Shown: piece after piece, positions 1 through 13,690 of the stretch | Layout: every line of letters starts with the position of its first letter | Numbering within the stretch: position 1 is the stretch's first letter | NCBI GenBank assembly: GCA_964016885.1 | Contig: CAXHJY010000554.1 | Coordinates: 23,742 to 87,741, forward strand | Length of the DNA: 64,000 nucleotides | Reading direction: 5' to 3' | From: Eledone cirrhosa | Taxonomy: Eukaryota | The notes under the pieces: model-generated | Told to the model about the DNA's origin: nothing | The model's input: the letters and a program-made list of their open reading frames with translations, nothing else | The model's database searches: none | Made by a program: the position numbers and the translations under genes

Positions 1-130
1 AATGTAAAATGTAATGCATGAAAAATGGAAAACATTATTTTTTGTAATAAATCAAATCAAAATTACATTATTAAATCTTATTCTTATTTTGTTTTTTGTA
101 AATAATTTTTTTTAAAATATCAATTCAAAA

Positions 131-470
131 CTTTTGTGAATAGGCATCATATCTTGTCATTTACCTATGGTTTAAATTTCATATAAATCAAAGGGAAAAC
201 ATTTTCAGTCGGAGTTTGAGCTCCTGGGGAACCCTAACAAGGGGTTTAACCCCCATTAGGGTGTCTTAATGTTATTGAAATTTGCTGAAGTTTTGTGAAT
301 AGGCATCATATCTTGTCCTTTACCTATGGTTTTAATTTCATATAAATCAAAGGGAAAAAATTTTCAGCGGAGGCTTGTGCCACCGGGGAACCCTTTGATT
401 AAAATAAAATATACTTATGCAAGTACCCTGGGCAATGTATTTTCAGAATAGTTATGGTTATGGGGGTCTA
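131..470. repeat. Interspersed repeat with internal duplication; related copy at 55918-56300
   Basis: The unit ttttgtgaataggcatcatatcttgtc.tttacctatggttt.aatttcatataaatc occurs twice here and twice near 55947-56270. Confidence 0.8.
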
Positions 471-514
471 TCGCCACTCTCTATCTTTGTATTTCATCTT
501 TTATTTCTCATTCT

Positions 515-552
515 ATCTTCTGATGAAGGACTAGTGTTCGAAACATAGACTG
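515..552 (+). ncRNA. Minimal hammerhead-ribozyme-like core in a Penelope-type terminal repeat remnant
   Basis: CTGATGA(520)-aggactagtgttc-GAAAC. A homologous copy with shared flanks lies at 18149-18173. Confidence 0.5.
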
Positions 553-732
553 TTTTCCTACTATATCAAGAGTTAAACTAATATATTTCTGTGTTGTTCC
601 CATTTATTTTTTGCATATATATATTGTATTATATGAGGTAGATAACCAGTTAGGGTTTTGTAACTGGTAGATCTCGAAGTATCCTGAGGTAAGCACTCAA
701 CAACATTAGGTGGTCCAGTTGGAATATATGCA

Positions 733-1187
733 GTGAAGAATAAGTATGGAAAATGGGTTTTTACAACAATTTATTTGGAAGATTTCCAAATAAATTGTTG
801 TAAAAACCCATTTTGATTACTTATTCTTCACTATATATATATATAGGAAAAGAGTCAGGACCTCGACAGCTGAGCTCAGCCGTCGGGGTCCTGACTCTTT
901 TCCTATTACCCACTCTACTACCCTAAGTATCAAGTACTCTGGTGCGTTATGATCCACCTGGTATCTTACCACACCTTCTTTGTTATATATATATATGTGT
1001 GTGTGTCAGGTTCAGTCGGGGGTAACCACAGTAAGGTACTCAATACATAGCAGAGTATAAATGTTTAATATAAAAATGGCTTCTACAGGACTAGAACTGT
1101 TTCATTCGAAGGAAATCATCATGGATTTCCTGATGATTTCCTTTGAATGAAACATTTCTAGTCCTGTAGAAGCCATTTTTATATTAA

Positions 1188-1188
<1 letters not shown>
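733..1188. repeat. Three consecutive long hairpins (about 733-832, 843-905, 1063-1188)
   Basis: Arms read as reverse complements, e.g. aaaatgggtttttacaacaatttatttggaa / ttccaaataaattgttgtaaaaacccatttt. Confidence 0.85.
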
Positions 1189-1233
<45 letters not shown>

Positions 1234-2760
1234 TCTTGGTGGAGCCTGACTCCCACATTGAATGGTTTCAGTTTAGCACCATTTATCCGAACACAAATAC
1301 TTGGACATACATATAGAGACATCAGGGCAGCAAGATCCCATACTCCTGCAGAACCTTCCACAGCAGGTCCCAAGGAACACAGTCATATGCCGTTTCAAGG
1401 TTTTCAAAACAAGAATATACCTCTTGGCAATATTCCCATGGTTTCTCGAAGACCTGCCACAGTGTGAATATTTAATCAGCTGTGCTGCATCAGGGCAAAA
1501 ATCGCACTGTTCTTCAGCTAGCTTGGACTCAACGATCTCTTTGCCAGACACTTTGCATAGACTTTATCGTGGAGGTTTAACAAGTAGATCCCTCTGTAAT
1601 TGGAACAATCTCTCTTGTCTCATTTTTTGAAAATTGAGATTATCACTCCTGATTGCCATTGTCTAGGTGCTTTCCAGAAATCCAGGCCACATGACACACA
1701 TGAGTCAGCCAGAGAATACCTTCTCTATATAAAGCTTTTAACATCTCAGGCCAGATTTAATCTTCCCCAGCAGCCTTGCCACATTTGAGCTCTTTAATTG
1801 CTCTTGTATCCTCAGCCTCCGAGAGATTAGTCACCGTTCCCAAATGCATCTTGTATACATCAGAAGATGCTGTTGTGATTGCGTTTAGGAGATCAGCAAA
1901 GTATTCTCTCCACCTTGCAGAAGAGAGGAGAACCACAAATTATTTTCATGAATAGGATAAACATGAGCAGCCGGGTTGGAAGTGGTATCACGATTGGCAG
2001 GTGTAATATTTAGTCGGCTGGAATTTACAGACGACATGGTGTTACTTAACTCGATAGAAGGTGATCTCTGACTTGCACTTGATAGGTTTGATGCCGAGTG
2101 CTGCATTGCCGGAATGAAAATTCAGTGCTGCGAAAACTGAGATACTCGTACTTTGAAGGAAGCCTGCACATTGCAGTCTACATGAGAATGGAGTTCCACT
2201 GAAACAGGTGGAGAAGTTCAAGTATCTCAGGGCTGGGCTCACGACTGATGGAAGGCAGGAGGGGGAATTAAGTGCAAGAATTGTAGGAACAGGTACATTA
2301 CTGCACCAGCTTTAGCATTCTGTAATCAGAAAAGTGAGGTAGGTGTAAAAGCCAAACTTGCTATCTTCAATTCGGTATTCGTACCAACTCTCATGAATCT
2401 TGAATAATGACCGAAATAATACGATCGGGAATACTAGCGGCCGAAATAGGGTTCCTCTGCAGGGTCTATAGAGTAACATTGCTTGATAGAGTGCGTAGCT
2501 CGGAGATCAGAGAGTCACTCCAGGTAGAGCTGTTACTTCTCCGAATTGAGAGATCACAACTCTGATACTATGGGAATGTGCTTAGAATGTCTCAGAAATC
2601 ACTGGACAGATTTTATGGGCAAAACCTACCGGCAGGAAACCCAGGGGTAGATCTAACTTGAAGATCCAGCCGGATCAGATGGAGACGATTGCTTCTGACA
2701 GGACCCGCTAGAAGGAGTGTTTGAGGACTCTAACCCCACGTCCCTCTCAGGAATAAGTGG
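1234..2760. mobile_element. RTE-type LINE fragment with inverted 5' part
   Basis: Minus-strand RT motifs (IVESKLAEEQC.F.P, VGVRLHQ) over 1234-1915. Plus-strand continuation (FMNRI..., QVEKFKYL.., 3' end) over ~1940-2760. Confidence 0.8.
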
Positions 2761-3299
2761 GGGAAGAAAAAATATATATATATATATATATATAGCGAGA
2801 GAAAGAGAGAGAGAGCATGGCTTTGTGATAAAGAAATTCGTAGTCATGGATTTGATAAATGCCTTGTAAGTGAAGTTTGATAAACTCATTCTGCGAAATC
2901 CTGTCGCGTACGTGCGTGTTTACATTTACACCGCTTATAAAACCGGTGCTGGTGTTTATGTCCCGTAATTTGAATATATACATAGATTATTACAATACCA
3001 TTTCTTTTAGTTAGTGATTGGACTGCCGGCATGCTAGAACATATATATACTTTTTATTTTTTAACTCATTAAAACTGATAATGCATTTCATTGCAACTCA
3101 ACGTTTCTAACGTGTATGTGTCCGTTTAGAGAAGATATTTAGTGTTTGATGGAGAGCTGCAAATGTATATTTCTTGGCGGGGTACTTGACTGAATAAATG
3201 CAGAGATGCGAAAAGCTCGGAGTAGCAACGAAGTGAATCATCAACTTTGAATGTTAACACACACAGATATATATATATATATATCCATAGATACACACT

Positions 3300-3349
<50 letters not shown>

Positions 3350-3681
3350 TAGACATACGCACACACACATATGCGAGTTCTATTCTTGTCGCCATATTTC
3401 TGTTGAAATAAATTCCGGCGCCATTTTTTGGATTAAGTCGTCATGATTTTACACCCTAGAACTGTATTTACGACTTGCGCAGGATAAAAAAAATTATTAT
3501 TATTATTATCATCAATTAGAAAACGATTGATTTCAGTGTCAATTTTTACTCATTTTATCTATGTAGTATATTCATTTTTTTTTTACTTTAAATTGACACT
3601 TTGTAATTTAAGAATCAATTTTAAAAATTCGGTCACTTTGTTTGATTACAAGCGGCCTAGGAAAAATATAGGGATTCGAGA

Positions 3682-4086
3682 ATGGAGCACAAACCATACA
3701 ATGGGGTATGGATCCCTGTAACAGATGGTCACGATAAAGTAATGTATGAAGGATATATTTTCAATTATGAAAAAATGAGTAAAACTGATGAAGACACTCG
3801 CTTTTACTCGTGTTACAGAAAGAAATCGTTGCGTTGTAAAGCAAGATTGCACATTTGTAACAACACAATAACAAAATTACATAAGAACCACAACCACACT
3901 GAGGATTCTTCGAACATTGATAAAAGTAATAAGTTCAGACTGGAAAGCGAGATGATACGAGCAACGGAATCACATTCGACAAGATTGTTACTTATCGCTA
4001 ACAGCCTCAATTCAACAATATCTGTCCCAGAAAAACTGGCAATCACAAATTCTCCTGGATGTATAAGACAAAGAAATATGAGCAAA
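3682..4086 (+). CDS. FLYWCH-type zinc-finger coding exon (variable unit V1), ends in phase-0 donor
   Basis: ATG at 3682. Translation VMYEGYIF..TRFYSCYRKKSLRCKARLH..HKNHNH fits the FLYWCH/WRKY-GCM1 C-x7-C..H-x-H pattern. There are 135 codons, then AAA|GTAAGT at 4086/4087. Confidence 0.8.
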
Positions 4087-4937
4087 GTAAGTGTATATTC
4101 ACGTGTGTATGTGAAAGCCTGTTTGTTTACATGTATTCAGTGAAGAATGAATCTAGTCAACTGAATAACACAATTTAAACCTGGCGGCCCATAATTCACC
4201 AATCACACTTTTTCTTGGCACCGATTTTAGCTGTCATAAAGTCTCTTTCGAAAGTTTTTTTTTTTTTTTTTTTTTAAATATATTATGAAGGAGTGAAACT
4301 TGATATTATTGCAGATGTATCTCAATATTGTTTCTAGTAGTTACTGTTACTTTTGTTAAGTACCGATTGACGGCTCTCGCCTAAAATACGCATCTCACTC
4401 TTTGCTGTCTGCTAAAATCGGGGACGGTGAAGGATACGAAAGTTACTTTCAAAACCCTGATTCAGGTATGGGTAACCCTTTTTTAGCAGTGAGTTGCATT
4501 AGATATGGTTCATCATAAGGTGAGCCGCACTACTAACAAAAATTAAGGGTAATTATTAATAAGGCGTGCCATTCAGAAAACCAAACGGGCCGCAGTTTGC
4601 CCATGGTTGCAAATAGTGTATAGTTTTATTGTTTATTTTACATAAAAGATATTCCATATCAAGAAGTGGAAAGTTATGGGACTGCCACTACGCTGACTAC
4701 TACGTTCATACGACTGGATAGAGGCTATTTCTAAAAGTGTTTCCAGAAATCTCATTTAGATCCAGAATCCTTCACGATAGACTCGTATACAATTAGTCCA
4801 AGCAACGTCAAAAATACGTTGATACATATCTTAGTGCTACCTATTACAAATAAATTAAACAGTTTGTGAATTTTCTGTTGGGATAGCCACATAAAACCAG
4901 CAAAGTCAGGTAGCAGTGCATTTAAGTTCTTTTACTG

Positions 4938-5492
4938 TCAAGGGTGCGTATTGTCACCTCTCCTGTTCATAATCTTCATGAACAGTATTGACATGCACAG
5001 CTGACTGGAAGTGGTATCAAAACTGGTGGGTGTAGGATCAAACTCGCTAATTTCAATTTGGTGTTTGAGCTTATCCTCACCTATGGTCATGAATCTTGGG
5101 TAATGACTGAACGATTACAAGCAGCCAAATGGGGTTCCTCCAAAGGGTCTTTGGAGTAATATTACTTGACAGGTTGCATAGCTTGGAGATCAAGGAGTCA
5201 CTCCAGGTAGAGCTGCTATTTCTCTGAGTCGAGAGATCACAGTTCTAATACTATGAACATGTGGTTAGAATGTCTCAGGAAAGAATTGCTGGGAAGATTT
5301 TACAGGCAAAGCCAACTGGTAGGACACTCAGTGATAGACCATGAGCAAGATATTTGGATAACATCCATGAGCTTGGTTGGTCTCACTTGGGGATCCATCT
5401 GGATCAATTGGAGATAGTTGCTTCTGATAGGACATGCTGGAAGGCATGTCTGAGGATTCTGCCCCCACAAGACTTTTAGGAATAAGTGAACA
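4938..5492 (+). mobile_element. RTE LINE 3' fragment, same family as 1940-2760
   Basis: QGCVLSPLLFIIFMN motif; shared 3' end ..aggaataagtg. Confidence 0.8.
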
Positions 5493-7029
5493 AAAAAGAA
5501 TTGTTATATCCTAACTAGAACTTAGAAAAGCAGTTAATATCTTAACAAATAAAAGGGATTTTGACACAGTGTAGTAAACTTACTAAAAGGGGTGTTGGGG
5601 TAAACAAAGAATTGGACAAGCCAATGTGGAATATTTAACTATCTTCCTCAAGAAGGATGCATGAAATGAAGGGGTTTTAGATACATTGTGCCCAAATAAA
5701 AGTGGTAATGTTTACAGTTAGAACATTTTTGATCATAGGTTTGCTCAACCAAAGACAGACTTAAGAAAATTGTGGACAGAGGATGTATAATTATAAAATC
5801 TAGAAAGTTATTTCTATTTTTTAAAATTCAGAGCTTTTAATTGGCACCATATCATCTAGGTGCATAAGGTTGACAGAATAAGAATGTATTTGAGTTTGTT
5901 TGTCTCTCTCTGATATTATTAATAATGATTTAAGAATTAGGCACAAGGTCAACAATTTTTGGGGAGAGGAAAGTCAATTAAATCAACCTCAGTGCATTAC
6001 TGGTACTTTATCTTATCAATCCCATAAGGATGAAAGCCAAAGCTAACCTAAGTGGGATTTGAACTCAAAGCATATTGTCAGATGCTCTATCAATACTGTC
6101 AATCCACTGTCCTAATAATAATAATAATAATAATAATAATATTTATATGGTGCCATAAATCTATTACAATTTTAAAAGTTTCTTCACAATTCACGAGTTT
6201 CCATTGCTCCTGACAACCTCTTCTTGCTGTGATTGATGAATGTTCAAGCAGGTCTTTCTCTACTGCATCTCCTGTGAGTTGGTTCTCACAATAGTAACTT
6301 GTGTATAACTTCCTGCTTACTTCTCCAGCAATTTCTTGCAAATTGTAACTGTCTTTGAGCAATTGTAGTTGTTATCTTGGGCAGATTTCCATATAAATTT
6401 TCATTTGTAATAAGCATTAAATAAATAAATCATCTGTAAGGAGTGTATACAATATTTACTTGCCTCCACAAATCAGGAACTACACCCATTATTATTTCCA
6501 TCTACATATATACTATAAGAATACAATTATACTAATGTGTACTATTCACACTAGTATATATGAATGTACATATATATCATCATCATCATTATACATCCTC
6601 TTTTCCATGCTTGCTTTCATTGGGCAGATTCTCTCCAGCATAACCGCCCTCGTACTTTTGTCATTTTTGTGAGGCTCAGTATCTTAAGATCAGCTTTAAC
6701 CACCTCTGCCCAAGTCTTTCTAAGTCTTCCTCAATTGCAACTTCCTTCCACTGGCATCACCTGGCACTTCGTCACCCAGTGTTCCTCATCTATATGTCCA
6801 AACCAGTGCTTCTCTCTTGCACACTATCTGATTCTTCTTATACCCAGCTTTTCTCTCAGTTCATCCATTCCTCATCATTCATGCACACTACTAACATTGC
6901 ACATCCAATGAAGCATGTCACTTCATTTCTCTCCAGTCTCTGTATATCCTATGCATTTATTGCTCATAAAGGAGAGAGGGAAGGACGACAGCTGTATAGA
7001 CTTTTAATGTAATCTTGATACTGATGCCT

Positions 7030-8320
7030 TTCCTGTTCCATACTTTTTCCTTGAGTTTCCTTGAGTTTCCTTGGAGATCCTGTATTCTACTTCTTCGTCA
7101 ATATTTGCTGTTTTAGAGAGAGTGCTACCTAGAAAAATGAATTTTCCAGTTTTTGTCCTTTTATGGTGAAGATGGATTCTTTGTAGAAGGTATCAGGTGA
7201 GAGTTGGTTCATCATTTTGGTTTTCTTGGTGCTTATAGTGAAACTAAAATCGTCACAGGCTTGAGAAAATAAATCCAAGCTTGCTTGCATAACACTTTCT
7301 GAGCTGACATAGAGGGCACAATTACTGGCAAACAAAATGTCTCAAGCTATGTCCTCCTCGGTATATGTCTTGTCCTTTAGTCTGTTCAGATTGAAGATGC
7401 CACCGCCATTAAATTTGTATGATACCTACACCTAGTGTTTCTGTAAGCATCAGAAAGCATAGCAGAGAATACCATGCTGAAAAGCATAGGGGCTATAACA
7501 CAGTCCTGTTTTACTCTGTTGGTAACTGGGAATGGTTCAGAAAACTCACCATCATCTTGTACACTTCCAATCATTCCTTCGTGTAACTGCCTGACTATTG
7601 AGATAAACTTATCTTGACACTCGGACTTGACCAAGCTATTCCAGAGACCTTTCATAGTGACAATGTTTGACTTAGAATAAAAAAAGTCCATGGGTTCAAT
7701 GGGCATCTGCAGAAAAAAACTCCTGTATCAACAGAATCAAAGATGTTTGCAGCACTGCACTGTGGAACACATGCAGGAGACTGAATTAAGTGCACGAGCT
7801 GATGCAGTAATGCACCAGCTTCAGTAATCAGAAGAAGTGAGATAGGTGTAAAAGCCAAACTCACTATCTTCAATTTGGTATTCGAGCCAATTCTTACCTA
7901 TGGTCATGAATCTTGGGTATCAAGCGGCTGAAATGGAGTTCCTCCAAAGGGTCTTTGGAGTAATGTTACTCAATAGAGTTATCCAGGTTAAGCTGATACT
8001 TCTCCGAATTGAGATACTATGGGTATGTGGTTAGAATGTCTCAGGAAAGAATCGATGGACAGCATTCTACACCATGAAACCCAGAAAGCTCCCAGACCTA
8101 ACAATGTGCCCTTGGAATTCTTCTCACATGGTGGCCCTGAATTGAAGACCTTGTTAATGCTCCTGATACTGAAAATCTGGGAAGCTAATACTATCCCTGA
8201 GGATTTAAAAAAGGCCAACATTGTGACAATTTTCAAGAAAGGAGACCAATCATTCTGCAGAAACTCTCATAGCATCGCTGGCAAGATCTCCGCCCGAATC
8301 CTCTTGAATCGACTCCTCCC
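7030..8320. mobile_element. Jumbled RTE LINE fragments (BovB-like on minus, others on plus)
   Basis: SEPFPVTNRVKQDCVIAPMLF and FTISTKKTK on minus; IPEDLKKANIVTIFKKGD on plus. Confidence 0.8.
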
Positions 8321-9042
8321 CATATATATATATATACAGAGAGAGAGAGATGTGAGTATATGTGTGTGTATTCAAAGCAAAAGCGTTTTTGTGGAGATGT
8401 GGAATGTTCTAGTTAACTGACTACTCAGTGATTTGACTTGACCACCTCCCTACTCACCACCACCAGCACAGAGTTGGCTATCCACAGGTGTGAGCCTCGC
8501 GAGCTTGAATGGCTCTTCCAGCACGTCTCCCTCACCATCATCTGGGGGAACATCTCTATTTTGTCCGCCGGGGTTGTAGGGAGGCCAGTGCGTGGACCCC
8601 CATTTGCTTGTAATAGTGAGAGATGGAGAGAGTGGGAGAGACGGAGGCAGTGACAGTGGGAGTTTGGTTCCATTGTGTTCAGACCTGGTGTATATGAATA
8701 TATTTATTTACCACACCACATTAACAATAATTTCTCTGAAGACATAATCCAACGTTCTGACTAGCTTAATGACGTCACTTGTTATATTTCTTGTAGTCAA
8801 GGTCCTGTTTGATGTAAACAGGATTTCATTGGATAGCTTATGATTGACGTCAATTGTTTTTATGAATCCTTGCTTTGAATGATAAACAGCCTTATTCATG
8901 TGCAAATAGAACGTTCAGGGTTTCGAATTCTGGGTTAAACCCATTACACACACACACACACATACATATATGTATGTGTGTGTATATATATATAGGTAAA
9001 TTTACACAACTCCCTAATCGATTTCAGTGGGAAAAGAATTTC

Positions 9043-9431
9043 GTGAGCTATCAACTAATCTAGCCACCAAGATTCTGTCAATCGACTTTTTCCCCGGAAA
9101 ACGGAAACCCTGACCCTAATCAGGGGAAAAAAGTCTGTTGCGAGCATCTAAGAGGTTCATAAAAAATTGAGGAAAGATAATTATTTCCCACCAAACGCGA
9201 GAGGCGTGTCGAGCTGCGAAACTCAGATGGTCCTTTCGCTCCCTTTCACCTCGCTTTTCCTACAAATCTAGTCGTTTCTGACTGGTTCGGAGATCCTATT
9301 CGTTGCCCCCCCCCCCCCCCCATCGTAATGAAAACCCTAAAGTGGGGGTCCGATGGGGGGGGGGCACCCCCTCCGTTCTCCAGGGAAAAAATCGATTGCT
9401 AGAATATTGGATGTTAGATTAGATGATAGCA
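9043..9431. mobile_element. MITE with ~55-bp imperfect terminal inverted repeats
   Basis: gctatcaactaatctagccaccaagattctgtcaatcgactttttcccc pairs with ggaaaaaatcgattgctagaatattggatgttagattagatgatagc. Confidence 0.7.
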
Positions 9432-10223
9432 CAATATATGTGTGTGTGTGTTGAACTTCTTTCTTTTCTCTCTTTCACCCAAAGCGTGAACCTTATAACA
9501 TTAATTGTATTTGTATCTGTGTTTGTCATTTCTTATTACACACACCCTTCTCTATATAAGTATATTCAAGTTATTTCCATTTTATTTTATCACTGTATAT
9601 AAAAATATAATATAATATATTCAAAATACCTTTTATCGTAATATTGTTTTCAAGAATATCAGTAAACGCATTTGGTTATATCTATTATAACTAGCTGATC
9701 CCGTGGCAATTCAAAGATTTAATTGAGTATTAAAGATCAATATGGCATTTTAAGTGTTTTCTTTACAAGTTACACACACACACACAAACAAACAAACTAT
9801 TGTATACAGTGCTTCATTGCATGTAGGCATGGTCGCTAAATCCTTGTAGGAGTCGTAGGGGTGTCGTATATGTTTGTAGGGTATTTTCTTTCAAAACCTG
9901 GTGGAGCCCATCTCTCCATGTCTGTAGATCGCTGGACGAAATACCTTACGATTTTCATTTAGTTACAGCCTTTCGCGTTTGAAATCCCGCCAGATGTACT
10001 TTCTCTTTCGTACTTGCCGAGTTTATAAAATAAACACCAGTTTTACTATTGTAAAATTATTATTATTATGAAATCATTATTTTTTATTGTTACCTTTCTC
10101 TTTACTATTGTCAAACCTGTTTACACGCACCCTACACGCCGACACACACATTCTGTTTTCATGTACCGTCCCAATGTTTTCTTAATGTAAACCCTTTGTG
10201 GTGAATAAGGAAATCATTATTAT

Positions 10224-10492
10224 TGGCAGAATCGATAGAGCGTCGGACACCATGCTCTGCGGCATAGAGTTTCGACTTTTTAACGTTCTGAGTTCAAATC
10301 CTGCGTAGGGAGCTTTGCTTTTCATCCTTATGGGGTCGATAAAATAAATTACCACATCCTGCGTAGGTGAGCTTTGCTTTTCATCCTTATGGGGTCGATA
10401 AAATAAATTACCAGCAACGCAGTGTCGATTTAATCGACTTTCCTGTCCCCATCTCCCAAATGGTTGGCCTTGTGCCTAAATCGAAAATCATT
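10224..10492 (+). mobile_element. tRNA-derived SINE with internal duplication; family copies near 5935(-), 13970, 14560, 16180, 18560, 20210, 24930(-), 26250-26640, 31260(-), 33660
   Basis: B-box gagttcaaatcc followed by conserved tttgcctttcatcctt..ggggtcgataaaataaagtaccag and an (att)n tail. Confidence 0.8.
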
Positions 10493-11644
10493 ATCATCAG
10501 GTAAACATATTTTTGTTATATGGTTTCATGACGTCAGTTCAAGTTATGTGAAAGTCACGAGAAGGCAAAATACGCCATAATGATTTTATAACAAGCAATT
10601 AAAACCAAATTGTTGATTCTGAAAGTTGTACGGCGTAAGTTAAGGGAGATAAATAAATTGTTGCTAAGGAATTATTAGCACCTGGTAACAATCATCAGGT
10701 GGCAGCATGTGTTACCAAAACAAAAACGAAAAAATCTCAGACTGTTAGTTAAAGGGTGAATGTAATTAAGGGCACTGTAATAATGTAATAAATGAAGGTA
10801 ATTTGTTTATCAATAAAAACAAAGTAGATTATTTATATTTTTACATAGTATACTATAAAGTAGTTTCTGTTACATTTAATTTCATCTCATGGCTAAATTT
10901 CCGTAAGATTTTGATACGTGGAAGACTGCCATATTTTGACAAGCGTTGACACGCGATTGTGGGTTTGTTAGAGGAAAAAAATAAGTGGCCAGAGGAAATA
11001 GAGAAAGGACAAGTGGTGTTGTGTGTTACAGATCGGATTATTATTGTGCGCCGTTATGTGAGAGGTTTGGGGTTGATTTCAAGCAAAAGGGATTTCCTGC
11101 GATGTTTTTTCTTTTCTCTTTTTTTATTTGCAATTACTTCCTCACAAACAAGCTATACGTTTCACGCACACATCTCACGTTTTTGTGTATAATACTCCAT
11201 TTACACTTGCGTGTGCGCGCGCCCACACACATACATACAAACACACACACATACACACATATATACGCATTTCTTGGCCCCGCTTTCCTTCATATATAAC
11301 CATATAACACCTGTACATTCTCTCTGTCACCAATACAATTCTCACCAGACGCCTACTCACAAGACTTAACCATTGTATCTTACTCCCGCTCTCATTTACT
11401 CACATACGTCAATGTTAAATCTGGGCGGTATCGTTAGGAAATATAGAAAAGAAATTGTTTTATGAGAATTAAATTATATTTTATATTTTATGAAGAATAA
11501 ATAGCTAATAAGGCGAACACTGAATAATTAATGAGACGGACTGGAGTTTTGCCCTCTTTTCTGTTTGTGTAGGTGGCTTCCACAGTATTTCTGAAGAGAA
11601 GTAGTTTTGGATCTATCGTAGAGATAAACAGATCGATCGAAACA

Positions 11645-12055
11645 ATGCCCCAACATTGCGTAGTTCGATTTTGTGATACCGTTCAGTCTTCGAGTTCAGA
11701 ACCAGCCACTAGTTTACACCGCTTTCCAAAGGATCCCGTTCTAAGGTCCAAATGGATCAATTTCGTGCAGACAGGGCGTAAAAACTGGACACCCAATGGC
11801 TCATCTGCCATATGTTCGCTTCATTTCACCAGCGAAGACTCACTAGGAGTTTTAATGAAGAAATTCGGATGCCGTACACGCATATTCTTGAAACAAGGAG
11901 CGATACCAACAATACAGTGCCCTAAAATGGCATTGTGTGCAGAGAAACCCACAGAGCAAAGACAGGATTTAGTCAGTGATAAAGCGATAAATGAAAATAT
12001 AGCCCTGTCCGGCGGAAATCCATCAGTTCCAAAATTATCTAAAGGAAACTCTCTG
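11645..12055 (+). CDS. THAP zinc-finger coding exon (V2, exon a), phase-0 donor
   Basis: MPQHCVVRFC..SLHRFPKD..WINFV..ICSLHF..LKQGAIPTI gives the C2CH THAP signature with conserved P, W, F and an AVPTI-like box. Donor CTG|GTAAGT at 12055/12056. An upstream acceptor ctcttttctgtttgtgtag| lies at 11572 and is in frame. Confidence 0.88.
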
Positions 12056-12759
12056 GTAAGTTGATTGCGGTTGCTAAATATTAGTGTTTACATTAGATAA
12101 CTACTAAAATACTTTTCAATGTTTAGTTACGTCACTTTATATACAGAGTTCAAATATTGCAGGGTCTAATTTGCCTTTAATCCTCCTCAAGTTGATATAT
12201 GTACCAGTTGTTATAGTAGTAAATTACCGGTATCGATTCAGTCGACTCCTTATTTCATAAATATTTATGAAGTATTAATTTCATAATTCAGATAGACAAT
12301 GAAGACGAGGTGACAATCGAGTAAATTCAGTAAAATTCTAGGATTAATTACCCGAAATTCTCTGCAAAAAGTTAACATAGTCTTTCGTTCTCCAGTATCA
12401 ATAAAATACGTATCAATAATATATTGTAGTTAGTTTAATTGACTTTCTTCTGAAACAACAATAGGCCCTTTATATTGTCAAAAGAAACCAGTATTTCACA
12501 GTTTCTTATTTTATACATTAGGGACCAGCTTAGCTTTTGCATCCTTCTAGGGACAACCAATACGCAAGAGTAATTTGCTGGTTCGTCTCTGTTGAGAATT
12601 TACAGAGTTTCCATTAATTCGTGTGTGAATCTTTATCCTTAGAATTGAAGGATTTTAGACAAAAATAATGATTTTTAAAAATATATTATTGTAATTGTTT
12701 TCTTCTTTTGGCGTACTTGCATCTAATAAAAAAAAATATTTTCATATGTAAACCCCCAG

Positions 12760-13690
12760 TCACTCATGCAGCACCCTACATCAAACCTATCGAATGCAAG
12801 TCGGAGATCAACCTTCTGTTGAGTTAAATAATACCATGTCTGCAAAATCCAGCTGACTGATTTTACACCCGCCAGTCGTGATACCACTTCCAACCTGGCT
12901 GCGCATGTTAATCTTGTTCATGTAAATAATGAACAGGAGATGTGACAATGGTTTCAGGTTAGCACCATTTATCTCAACACAAATACTCGGGCTCTCATAT
13001 AGAGACATCAGGGCAGCAAGAAGCTGACTATCGAACCCATACTCCTGCAGAACCTTCCACAGCAGGTCCTAAGGAACGCAGTCATATGCCTTTTCAAGGT
13101 TGACAAAACAAGAATATACTTCTTGACAATACTCCCATGATTTCTCGAAGACCTGCTGCAGTGTGAATATTTGGTCGGCTGTGCTGCATCCAGGCTGAAC
13201 ACCACACTGTTCATCAACTAGCTTGGACTCAACAATCTCCCTGCATCTCTTTGTATAGACTTTACTGGGGAGTCTTAACAAGTCAAAATTGGAATTACCA
13301 CTCACGATTGCCATTGCTTAGGTACCTTTCCACACTCAGCATACACAAGTCAGCCAGAGAATACCTTCTCTATTTAAGGATTTTAACATCTCGGGTCGGA
13401 TTTCATCTTCCCCAGTGGCCTTACCACATTTGAGTTCTTTAACTGCTCTTGTGATCTCAGCCTCTTTGATTAGTCATCGCTCTCAGATGCACCGCATGTA
13501 CATCAGAAGATGCTGTTGTGATCGGGTTTAGGAGAGCAGCAAGTTGGTTGGATAACATCCATGAGCTTGGCTGGTCTCACTTGTGGATCCATCCGGATCA
13601 GTTAGAGACAGTTGCTTCTGACAGCACCCATTGGAAGGAGTGTTTCAGGACTCTGCTCCACCACCCTCTCAGGAATAAGTGGCTGAAGAA
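12760..13690. mobile_element. RTE LINE fragment (minus) joined to plus-strand 3' end
   Basis: FVNLEKAYDCVP and DEQCGVQPGCSTADQIFTL on minus; homologous to 1260-1890. Confidence 0.8.

Noticed and set aside
1857-1892. Identical sequence here and at ~13500 as a shared inversion breakpoint
   Set aside because: It is still minus-strand RTE coding sequence; the actual junctions differ.
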